A DNA stretch of 64,000 nucleotides, taken from positions 120,032,001 through 120,096,000 of the forward strand of contig OX597816.1 of assembly GCA_951406725.2 (NCBI GenBank). Direction: 5' to 3'. This document shows positions 13,408 through 25,319 of this stretch, one piece after another (the stretch's first letter is position 1; every line of letters starts with the position of its first letter). Position numbers and translations under genes: made by a program. Under the pieces are notes generated by a model. The model did not search any database. It was not told where the DNA came from and worked only from the letters and a program-made list of their open reading frames with translations. Source of the DNA: Octopus vulgaris (lineage: Eukaryota).

Positions 13408-14932
13408 TTATTTATTAATGTTTGTTTTTATATTATAATAAAAACAATTTCACATTAAACTGAACAATTATTCAATACATTCGGTAGAGTACAAATTTAT
13501 TATTATTTATTATTATTCTTAAACAAGAATAGTATTGATAGTGACTTTGAAGTTTCAGCTAGCTAAGCCATCACTGGACTGTCTAATGATGGCTTAGATG
13601 GGCAAAACACTACTTTTGTTAAAGAATATTGTGTGTGTGTGTGTGTGTGTGTGGTTCATCCAAACTCTGAAAAACCAACAATGGAAAAACAAACAACATC
13701 GATGAAAATATTTCAATGCATGGCAGCACAAAAGTCTGCCAGTTTTAAGTTACAAGTACCATGCTTAGTATCATAAAATATTCTTTATGGAAATTTGAAA
13801 TATATTTAGATATTAAAGACATTTAAGATGATCTTTAAATATCAAGATGTTATGAAATTTTTGCTTGAAAAAAAAAAAAATCACTGCATGCTCTTTCAAT
13901 TTAATTTGCAGAAAAATTTCAAAAAATAAATAAATTAGCTCTGATTACTGGAGAAGCTCATTTAACCATCAATTAAGTTATTTCAGACCAAGTAATTCAA
14001 ACATCAAGCAAATAGAGAACATTATCAGAGATGTATCAAAAGTGGACGACAGAAATTAATAAATTATATAAAATGCTTAAATTTTTCAATATTTGCCATC
14101 TTCATAAACTTATTTGTTTTAGGCAGTAGCTTGTAGCCATACTGGTGTTTTTTTTTTTTTTTTTTTTTTTTTCACCTTAATGGCCTTTTTAAAGTAGATG
14201 GAAGGAGAGATTAATGTGATCAATATTGCTTCAAATAGGCTTTGATGTCACGCAATTACAATTCTCTTCCTTTATAAATCTAAATCCAACAATAGAAATT
14301 AATATTTCTTTTAAATATTCTGTACAAAAGTACTTGGTGAAAAAACCATTTTAATTTTCTTTGGAATTTCTGTTTGGTACTTAAGGATAGAGAATATTTT
14401 GCAAAATATTTTATTATGCAATGAAGCTGCCACATCAACAACTTTAACTTTGACATACATGCACTTCTTATATGATTGGGCTTTGAATGCTAAGTTGGAA
14501 ATGAGAAATAATTGAAGAACAAAATATATTAGAATTGTAAACTCATTTAACCACGTTGGCAGTTGAAGACAGAAAAATGGCAACATCTGATGCAATTTTT
14601 TTTTTTTAATTTTATGAAATTTAAACTGGAAAATTATATTTTGGTGGTGGAGAAAAAAAAAACAGCTTAAATTTTTTTTCTTATATTAAATGATATTTAT
14701 TATTCTTTATTTCTCAGCTGTAATGTTACATTTTCGGCCAGAGTAAAGGGTTTTTATAAAACAATATTTACATAAAACCACATTTTAAAAATACCATTTT
14801 AGACTGCAAAAATCAAGCAATGTAATGACACCTTACAAGTCCTTTTTTTTTCATCATTTTATTTCAATTTACTGGATTGAATATTTTTTCCCCCTTTTCC
14901 GAAAAAGTATATTGAAACAAAATGGATATCCA

Positions 14933-15105
14933 TTACAAAAGTGCTGTAATGGCAGCTAAAATTTGGCTACATTCATAGCTCTGACCAGGTTTCAGGACAA
15001 TATCTTTGTTTACTCTTCCAGCTTCAACACAAACAAATTTCATATAATCACTATCACAAAGGTCCAGCATTGCTTTTGCTTTCTCTCTCCATGGATTCCA
15101 AATAA
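14933..15105 (-). CDS. G6P 1-epimerase, last coding exon
   Basis: ttttag acceptor. (V)IWNPWREKAKAMLDLCDSDYMKFVCVEAG...ITALL* contains the WNPW and catalytic CVE motifs, then TAA. Confidence 0.93.
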
Positions 15106-16399
15106 CTAAAAACATATACAAATAAATTTTAAATTATTTATATTAATAAAAAAAGCCCTTAAATTTTAATTAATCTATTCTAAGTAAACATAAACAAATA
15201 CATTCATCATTATAAAAAAAAGCAAATTTCTTCACTGACGAACTTGACTTCAATCTAATTAGAGTAGTCCCCCTTCTCATTGGCATCTCCTTATGTGCAA
15301 GCCCTCTTTATTTCCAACATAAGCAACAGTGTATACAATCCTGTGCCTATCACAACAGTCTCTGTCCCTTTTGCTAATGAACTACATCCGTTATTTAATT
15401 TCATTCTTAACAGTCCTCCGTTTGCTTATTTATTATCAATACATAATAATAAGTGATAGGTTTAAAACCTTACTAAGTCTCCTCATTATGCCTTGCTCTC
15501 TTAGAATATACAAAAATTAGAAAAAGCATTCTGTATACTGTAGATCTTCAAACCAAACGCTTCAAACTCCATGCTTCAGAGTGGAGTTTTGCTATAGGCA
15601 CCCAAGGGCCTAGTGGTGTTAAATTAGGTGACAGATTAAGACTACTGCCACCATATATACCCCTGGCTGCGTTTTCGCAACGCAAAACATGCTCTTGCTT
15701 GCTTGGACATGAACACGCCGGGAAGTATCAGACTGAGCACACAAAATATTCAGTAGGTAGTCAACACCCGTAGCTAACAGTTGCATACTGTCCTTCTCTT
15801 CCAAATTGTGAAAGCTTACCATAACGTTTAGTCTATTTTAAGACTTCATTTTTTTATGGGTGTATATGGGTTTTAAGAAGTGAAATATTGAAAAAGAAGA
15901 GAAGAATTAGAATAGGAATGTTAGATTTACTGTAAGTTGAGAATATTTTATATTGGTTCCTGTTTGTAAAAGAACTAACAACATTAGTCATTTAAGAAGT
16001 GAGGAGACTTTAGACCAAGTAGAAAAATCAAATTTCAAAACAAGTCACTGAGGAGCCCTCAATACAGGTGCTCATCTGGTAGAAATAACAATTAACTAAT
16101 CCTCAAAATGCACCCTACCATCTTAGAAATGAATAGAAATATTAGTTAAAGTAGTCCTTGATATACGATACCTGAAAGAAAAATGAAACAGTCATAGCTA
16201 GAGTGCCTCAATAACAGATCTCAACTAGATTTGTCCCAGAGTTAATTAGCAACAGTTAAAGTTCTTAAAACTTATTCACAATAATATAATAGAAAAAAAA
16301 GTATTAAACAAATAATAATGAAATTTATGAATGATCTATAGATTTTTTTATTAGTTAGGTCTGGAGGAAGATGTGTCCATGGACTTCACAAGTCCTCTT

Positions 16400-17370
16400 A
16401 GATTGGTGAAATTGATGATAACTACAGGATAAATATGTGTAGGGAAGGAATTCACAAAGGATGACGTCTTAAGGAGGAAACACCAGGCATAGTCATTACT
16501 ATGAAGTCAAGAGTTGAGTGGCATGCGACTGTCAAACTCTGAGGTTTAGAGAACATAGCAGTAGTGGTAGAAAAGCAGAAGAAGAAGACAATGTATTTGT
16601 GGATTAGAGACTGGTCAAGCAGCTTTTCTCTTGATGTGGTCTAGGATGTGTGTGTGTGTGTGTGAGAGAGATGGCAACCGTGGCAACTTTCCAGATGTAG
16701 GAGCAGTAATCCATTATAGACCTCACCAGAGTTTTGTAGAGGGTTAGGGGACTGACGTATTTTCTGGTCCTGAAGAAAAGGAGTAGTTCTTGACTTGCAG
16801 TCTTAGTAATGTTAATGATGAGCATTCACCAGGAAAGATCCTCAGTGATGGACATATCCACTTTAAAGTGGTTAGCATTTGGAAGGGCATCCAGCTGTAA
16901 AAACCATGCCAAAACTGACTTCACCTGTGCCAGTGCCATGTAAAAAAGCACTCAGTCAACTCTGCAGGATGGTTGCTGTTAGGACGGGCATCCAGCCATA
17001 AAAACCATGCCAAAACAGACACAGAAGTCTGGAGCACACCATAGGTTGTTTTTGAGGTCTCTGTTCATAGAATCAGTACAGATAAGGTATGAGATATCTA
17101 GGTTGCATTTGGATGAGACTTAGGTGTGGAAGATTAAGAAGGAATGAAAGGTGGTATATGCATAATAGTGGCTGTTGTTAGAGATGCTTGCAAGAAGGTC
17201 ACTGATGCATAGCAGGAAGAGTATTGAGGACAAAACTGAAACTTAGGACTGCTCGAAAACAGAGTGGATGTTAGAGATAGGCTTATCAGTATAGATTGTG
17301 AAAGTAAGATCTGACAGGAAGCTGCTGATCCAAGACAACTTGAAATAAAAAATATTTCTGTAGTCAACTA
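16400..17370 (-). mobile_element. Degenerate LINE RT remnant, interrupted by an RTE-tail fragment (~16865-17030)
   Basis: LTLYKTLVRSIMDYCSYIW; similar to the 52500-53560 remnant. Confidence 0.55.
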
Positions 17371-17518
17371 AATGAATTTATTAGAATGTTTAGTAAGAAT
17401 TGCTATTACAGTTTTCTTGAAAGAGGCAAAATTAAAGCCTCAATGATTGAAAAATGGAATTTTATCATTATTATTTCTTCATTAAATCATATAAGAACTG
17501 AACAAAAAAATTCCTTAC

Positions 17519-17610
17519 CAATATCAGGGAAATTGAATGTTTTCAGCATTAGACTTCTATTGCCAGCCATATTTCCTACTACTATTTCATTTGGGGCATC
17601 CATATAAATT
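17519..17610 (-). CDS. G6P 1-epimerase exon
   Basis: ctttacag|...|gtaagg, 92 nt. IYMDAPNEIVVGNMAGNRSLMLKTFNFPDI(V). Confidence 0.9.
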
Positions 17611-19102
17611 CTGTAAAGAATGAAATAGTGTTAATATGTTATTTTGATAAAATTTTACAATAAACTTATGTGTTGATTTTCAATACAATGCAGTTTGAGA
17701 TATAGATTTTACTTCAAGTTGTTCTTATTCCTAATATTTTACTGCTCTTGTTTAATATAAAGCTTATTTTAGTAGTATTTATTAATACTAACACTGGTGG
17801 GTGGATAGGTATTTTAATATAAATATGATAGAATAGTATCAAATGTAAGAAATTCATTTCTACCAAGAGTAAGATTTTAGCAAGCAGATATAGTTACATT
17901 GAACTAATGAGGGAGTTTCTATGTAGTCACTTGACCAGTTAGAAATAGCAACCAAATTTTTATAAATCACATTCTAATGTCTCTAAAAGGAAGGACACAT
18001 TAGATTATGTACTCATTGATAGATTTAAAAAGACGGGTTGGTCACGTGGGTGAAATATTTTTTATCACAACTTTGCTCAATCAGGGCTGAGTTGGGACTA
18101 AATAATACTTGCACTGTCTATATGGTAGCCAGATTTAAACAATATTAGGTAGTCTCAAGCCTTCTCAATCCCTTAGTTATTGTCTTAAGAATGTTAATTT
18201 TGTATTTTGCTCATCACTTTAAACACATATGAGCCATCAAGGAGGTTTTTATGACAGCTACAAGAAGCACCTAAATCTCTCTCTTATCATATTAAATTAT
18301 ACCATCTTAAAAGGAGGAAACATTGTGCAATGTGTTCCAGGGTGTACACTGACCGAAAAAAAGATGTGTTGGTCAGTGCTGGAATAACTGATCATATTCT
18401 AGTGCTGAAATGACTGATCAAGGTGGTTATAGTGAGAGTCTAGCAAGGTGAATGACAATAACTAAACACATTTTTGAAGTTCAAATAATTTGAAGAAGAA
18501 TTTGGAATTGTAAGTAAAAATAAATTTCTTACTAGAGAATAATAGTGATTTCTATATTTGGCACAAGGCCAGCAATTTTGAGGGAGGGGATAATTTGATT
18601 ACATCGACCCCAGCACTCAACTGGTACTTACTTTATCAATTCCGAAAGGATGAAAGACAAAGTTGACCTTGATGGAATTTGAATTCAGAATGTAAAGATG
18701 GATGAAATGCTGCTAAACATTTTGCCTGGAGTACTAATGATTCTGTCAGCTCATTGCCTTCTCTTACCAGAGTAATATTAACTGTGAATTTATTGTGTCA
18801 TATTGGCTGCCAGTTCACCAGGTTACATGTAGAATTATTTACAAGGCCAATGCAAAATGTTTTGCTTTCTTTAAACTATTTAGTTGAAAATATATGTCAT
18901 CTCATTAGGAATGGCATTCTAATATAATAATTCTTGTTAATTGATTTGCAAACATGATCAATATGGAAAAATTCAAGTTATTATTTTTTTTTTCTCTATA
19001 AACAAAGATTTTGGTAAGTTTGAAAAAGAACCAAATCACCAAACAAAGAATAGAAACAATAAGATGTTAAATAGAATGTCCTGAATATGATAAAATACTC
19101 AC

Positions 19103-19164
19103 CGGTCAATATGTTCTCGAACTATAAGTTCTTCTTTTTCCTCAACATCTTCACAGTTATTAAC
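19103..19164 (-). CDS. G6P 1-epimerase exon
   Basis: tgacag|...|gtgagt, 62 nt. VNNCEDVEEKEELIVREHID(R); the DR-IY motif spans the junction. Confidence 0.9.
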
Positions 19165-21462
19165 CTGTCAAAAGCATATAAAATAAACATTTAAACCAAA
19201 TTTAAAATTATAACTTGTATATCTCATATACCACTATACTAATGCTAAGTTTGGAGACAGTGTTCTGATTATATTAATTTGATAGTTATCACTGATAGAG
19301 AATGGATAGCAAGAAATCTACAACAACCTATCATTTTGTGTCATATCAAACTTCAACTTAATTATATTGAATTTATGTTTAATTTAGCATTAAAGATTAT
19401 AAACATCATTATTTTCTCCTTGACATTTTAAAGCAGTTTTGGGCAAACTAGAGCCTGCAGGACTTTCTGAATGGCACGCCTAATGAAAGTTAACCTTCAA
19501 TTTGTTTCACAGTGTGACCCATCTGATGATGAATCATATCTCATGTGGTCCACTTCTTGGAGAGTACCCATGCCTGCTTTGAATATTTGAATATATATTT
19601 TTAATAATGCCATGTATCTGACAGTAATCTGGTGACACTTTATGTTAGAGTTAATAACATTAATTTAGAGATAAAGTAACAGACTAGCTTCATGATAAGT
19701 TTTAGTAGGGAAAGTATAATTGATTGAATTGACACTAGTTTTGCTAATTTATGTGTGGTACTGACCCTGCCAAAAGATAGAAATATAAAAGATTGAATTT
19801 AAAATGTACAGAGGTAATAGTAAATATTTTATCAACTTACCACAACTTTTACAGATAAAAATAATAGTGGCAGCCATATAACTACTTATTCTTATAGTGT
19901 TCTTTATACTACCTCACACTAAACCCACTGTTACTATACACCAGCTGAGACCATGTCATCTTCCACCAACATTTTGATCTTCACATAGACTACTAAACAT
20001 AGCAAAACTGTCAGTGAGAACAGAATAGACCACCATGACCTCATACCACTGTATTTTGTTAAACACAGTATGGCTGTGTTCACTGCATGGTCCTAAACTA
20101 GACTAAAGCATAGCATATAATGTTTGTTGGACTTATTGAGTGTTGGATAAAGGTATTGGGGTATGTGCTACTTATAGTTTGTAGATCCAAATCCATTGCT
20201 GGCATTTTGTCCTGTTTGTGGGTAGAAAATTTTATTTTACTTGACCTTCAGAAAACCTGGCTGGCAGGAAATGTCATAAAATTAGTGCTTAGCATTTTCC
20301 CATACAAGCTCCTTTGAGTTACACATATGCTAGACTTTTAGGTTACTTCCTTTATCTGTGTCATGTCTATTATAATAGGGCTGACTGAGGTTACTCAGAA
20401 AACAAACATTCTGTATACTTTAAACTCTTATATTTATATTTATTTAAGCAATTAATACAATAAAGATTAGGTCATGTCAAAACAACAAACTATGGCACTT
20501 AGATAAGTAATTCTTTGAAAAATCTGTCTTACAAACCAGTTAATTACTTGATAATTAAAATGTCTTAACTGAAAAACAAAGTTATATATTCTAATTGTAT
20601 TTTTAAATCTTAAGAAATGTTTCTATGTCCTGAGGACTGATATTTCTTTATTATTGGTAACTGAATTAGCATTTAGTGTTTTTCAACTACTTCAGTTTGT
20701 GTTTCTGCATCCTTTCCCTCACTCTTTTTTTCCCTTTATCTTTTTCCTCCTCTTTCTAGCTGATATTAAGATAACTAGCTGACACTTCCAATTATACATT
20801 GTTTAATGCTCATAGAATTACCACATTGCTTTTTATGTCATAGTGACATGAAAAATCAAATCAAATGCAATGCTTGATGATTATGAGGTAATGTTGATGC
20901 TAATGAGGATGATGATGTAATGGGTTCAATGAAAATGTTTCTAGATGAAAGTTAAATAGATAATTTTTGAGAAAGATGACCAAGTATAAATATGCATTTT
21001 ATTGATGGTATTTTGAAGGAAAAGAAATTTTAAACATTTCAAGTTGAGTCTACCAACAGCATAATTTAGCGATAACAAATATTGAAATTAAATCGATGAT
21101 GAAGAGGAGAAGGTAAAGTAGAAAAATAGATGAAGTGGCAGAGAAAGGAGGAAGCAAAAACTATCTCTGAAAGTTGATGTAAGATGTTTGATCAAGCTTT
21201 GATCAGGTACTAAGACAAGGGATATAACTCTATTTACCTTTATAAAACTAGTAGAAAATTGATACCTGGTAATTTTGCATTAGATTTTGAACAGAATTCA
21301 ATAGAGAAAAAAAAAAGACCCCCCCTCCCAAAACAGCCCTCACCATAGCAACAGCAACAAAAATTCATAAGGAACATTAATGTTATCAATCTCACTGGGT
21401 GGGAGGGCCTGTAAAGGCTACAAACTCTAGGCTTAGCAAGTGAAAAGAACAAACCTACTGAC

Positions 21463-21569
21463 CTTGTCTTGATAGTTGAGATTCTGTAACCCTATGATTC
21501 CAGATTTAGTTATATCAGGGGTTGCTAAGTAAGTATGTAGTAAACAGTTGAATCCAAAGGTAATTTTAT
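21463..21569 (-). CDS. G6P 1-epimerase exon
   Basis: tttcag|...|gtcagt, 107 nt. (D)KITFGFNCLLHTYLATPDITKSGIIGLQNLNYQDK contains the catalytic LHTY His motif. Confidence 0.92.
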
Positions 21570-21849
21570 CTGAAATAAAACAAAATCATAAACAATATAG
21601 GAAACTTATCTCTTTATTGTTACAATGACTCATTCATTCACATTTTCATTGAAGTAAATGTTGAAAAATGAGGTGAGGTATTTAGATGTAGAAATAAGAG
21701 AGTTGACTTTTTGTACAATATTTTAAAATATATTGCAAATAAATGACAAAATAAATAAATATGTATACATATAAACATAATGTTTTATGATAAGGAGGTC
21801 AATTTTTACATGCTTGTAAGGGTTGGATGAGTTCTTTCTTCACTGTGTT

Positions 21850-22620
21850 CTACCACTTCTTGAATTCCTTTTGCCATCTCCTTTGTGAGGTTCAGCATCA
21901 TGAGGTCAGTTCTTACCATTACTGCTCATGTCTTCCTTAACCTTTTTCTTCCACTTGGATCTCCAGGTATTTCTTTATCCATTTGCTTAACATATATGTA
22001 TCAATGCTGATGTCTCTCTGATTTTTGGTTTCTTTTATACCTAAATATTGTCTTTGCTTCTCTGTATCTTGCCATTCATGCACAGGAATATTTTAATCCA
22101 GTAGAACAGGTTTGTTTTAATAATTTACAGAGCTGTTGCACATCATCTGCACTTTGTTCCCACATCTCACTTCTATGTTGCATTGCAGTTCATACACAAG
22201 CATCATGCAATCTACTCAATACTTGAAAAGAGCATATTGAACCTTTTCTACCTTGTTTATATTCTTTCTCTTACCTATGCTTTCAGAGCCAAGGTAACAG
22301 AAGCTATCATCTACTACTATGAAGCCTTTTAACTATTGGGAAAAACTAATTTTAATGCTGTTCTTACTACTAACTACTCCAGGGCATCTACCACGTACAA
22401 ACTCTTTTTTCACTGCCAGCCTACCTGTGATCCCAGTAAACCTCTTGTGCACTCATTGTTTACATTGAATATATCATATGGAATTTCTATCAACTCTTTT
22501 TCTGAATATCAAATGTGGATATTTTCATGAGGATACCAGGGTCCTCTCCTCTTTCTTATTTACAGAAACTTTAGTCTTTGCTAAGATTACTCTGAGACTA
22601 TTGATTGTGAGGTTTGTTTC
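21850..22620 (-). mobile_element. Degenerate RTE fragment
   Basis: Minus strand resembles the RTE at 32865 (gtagtagatgatagcttctgttaccttggc; ttgcatgatgcttgtgtatgaactgcaatg). Confidence 0.55.
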
Positions 22621-22952
22621 ATGATTGGAATGTCTTCCCTAAATTTTTCACAGAGTCACACACATTTGAAGGGCTTCTGTACATTTTCTGTTTACTAAAT
22701 TTCACTGACAAAGCTTTAGTTAACTTGAAGATTTAGCACAAGACACTAACCAGTGGAATAGAAGCCTGGATTATAAGGTTTTGCAAACCTGAATCCATAG
22801 AGGGCTAGAAATTTATATGATTAAATGTTTCCACCTTTTTAATTAGGAAACTGTAAATCTCCTTTCATAATTTCTTTCTCTCTAAGACAATTATGACACA
22901 TTGATTTTGATACTAAAGTGAATGCAATGAGAAGCTTAGTAGAAATACTTAC

Positions 22953-23023
22953 CTGTGTTATGAACTGTGAAGTCAATATGTAATGCTGATTCTTCAAGAC
23001 GAATAGTGTAGACCAATTTGAAC
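22953..23023 (-). CDS. G6P 1-epimerase exon
   Basis: ttctag|...|gtaagt, 71 nt. FKLVYTIRLEESALHIDFTVHNT(D). Confidence 0.9.
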
Positions 23024-23861
23024 CTAGAAAAAAATAATAGAAAGAGGATTCCTGTTGATCAAGTTTGAACTAGACTATATTAATAATTATACATATAGTG
23101 GGAAGATGACTCCTGCTGGTATGTGAATCAAGAAATTTACTTTAGTTGATGGCATATAAGATGCACTCTTCCCCTCCTCCCCCAAAAGTCTCATAAAAAT
23201 GAACTCAGGTACTACATGCAAAATTGCTTTAAATATTATGTGCTTTAATGTATAGAAAACTTCTTTCCTGAATATGTGCTACTGAAATTGGTGTGTGCTT
23301 CATATACTCATGTGTCTTTTATGCCATTGAATATGGTAACTGCTAAATCTATTTTGTAAAAAGACACAAATAAAGACTAATTCCTCACTATCATCATCAT
23401 CAGTATCAATGTTTTAATGTCCATTTTTCTGACTTGTGGCTTTGATGGTATTTCTCATACAGCCTTATGCTACTCATTTTTGTTTTTCTGCATCTTTTCC
23501 CCACATCTTCCCTAGTCTTCATTTATAGTCAGCCTCTGTCATCTTAAACTTAATCCATCACCTGGTTTCATGCCATTACTTAACAATTGAATATATTTAG
23601 TGGAACCCACTCTGTTGCAAGAATTTGGACTAGATCACTGGTCTGGATCATGGGTGCTGCCTTTCATTGTCCATAAAAGAAGTAACCTCATGGTGAACTG
23701 ATGCTACAACCTAGTTTTTATTTTTTGTTCAAATGATTTCCTTATGCCCCAAATGTTATAAGGAAAGGCGTGACTATTATAACATCCTTTGACCCTAACT
23801 TGAAATATATGGCTTTGTGCCTATTCAGTATTAAAATTTTTGTAATGATAGATATGCCCAC

Positions 23862-23932
23862 GGGCATATGGCATAGTGGTTAAGAGCGTGGGCTACTAAC
23901 GACAAGATTCCGATTTCGATTCCAGGCAGTGA

Positions 23933-23986
<54 letters not shown>

Positions 23987-24175
23987 CAACAACACAACAT
24001 CAAAAAATACCTTAGGAGTGAGAACCCAGGTTCAAAATTTCCCCAAGATACCTGATGAAGGCTGGAGGGTATATCAGCCGAAACGTTGTGTTAACAACAA
24101 ACAAGATGAGCACAAATATCCATTAAATGTAAATAATGTACATAATTCCTCATCTCTTAAATATAGAACTGTATC
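23862..24175 (+). mobile_element. tRNA-headed short element followed by a hammerhead-like motif
   Basis: A box tggcatagtgg (23869-23879), B-box-like ttcgattcc (23915-23923), (AAT)n, then an HHR motif at 24047-24092. Confidence 0.6.
24047..24092 (+). ncRNA. Minimal type I hammerhead ribozyme
   Basis: gatac CTGATGA a GGCTG-loop-CAGCC GAAAC GTT gtgtt: intact core, helix II, palindromic ACGT helix III and helix I with G-U pairs. Confidence 0.7.
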
Positions 24176-25157
24176 ATAGTTTTATTTGACAAAATAGAAT
24201 AGTAGCTGTAACAATATTAATTTTCATTTATAGCCATGATAATTGTTAAGTACCATATTTACTCATATTTACCCCACTTTTAATAATGAACAAAAAATTT
24301 TTTTTTTGTTTTGTATTATGATATATGGGGAAAAAGTGTTGAGTTAGGTATATTATAATTGCTGCAGAAGCTAAATTGACAAAAGCTCACTTGTCTTAAA
24401 TGAAACAAAAAGTAAATTCAAAAATGACCTTTGAACTTTACTGATGTAAGTTATAAACATGCAACTGTTGTAAAGTCATATCTGTGCAAATGACCTGATT
24501 ATGTTTCAAGAAAATCAATTTGATTTTGATAATGATAGTGTAACAAAATAAGTATGTATTCAATATAACTGTTCACTTTATACAGTAATTCACACATAGT
24601 TGTGTTGTCACAGGAAAACAAAATATCATCATTTGTTTTCTTTAAACTACTCACTTTATAATATACTTTTAAAACTGGACTGCAGATTTCCATGTTTTCA
24701 ATATCAAACATTCAGGATCTCACAAAAATTTATTTTTATGTATTTTTTTCTTTTTTACAAAAAAGAAAAAAAATTTTTTCAGAGTTAGAATCCTAATTGG
24801 AAGAGTGTTTTGGTTTTTTCAGAAAGTTAAAACAACAACAACAAAGCTTTAAATCACTATCTCCAGTGTTTGCATGTGATTTTGTGGGACATAAATTGTG
24901 TTGACACAATAGGCAGATAGCATCTATTTATTGTATGGATTTTACAGAGGAAGGAACATAACACTATTATGGTGGTATAAACTTTTTAATACACATCAGT
25001 TAGCTTGAATAAAACATATAACTTATTTCCATTTGTACTATACACTTGGGGCAGGAGAAAAATGAATATTTAATTCTCATGCACCTTAATTCTTATGTTT
25101 CAAATACAAACTGAAGCAGTTCAGACATAATTGATAACAATATTTTGAAAGAAAGAC

Positions 25158-25238
<81 letters not shown>

Positions 25239-25245
25239 GACTTAC

Positions 25246-25319
25246 ATTATATTCCACATTGCCCTTGATAAATCATTATCTTCCAAACTAAGAGCAGCAA
25301 ATACATTTCCATTTTTATC
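25246..25319 (-). CDS. G6P 1-epimerase exon
   Basis: catttag|...|gtaagt, 74 nt. DKNGNVFAALSLEDNDLSRAMWNI(M) bridges phase 0 to phase 2 exactly as the flanking exons require. Confidence 0.85.
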
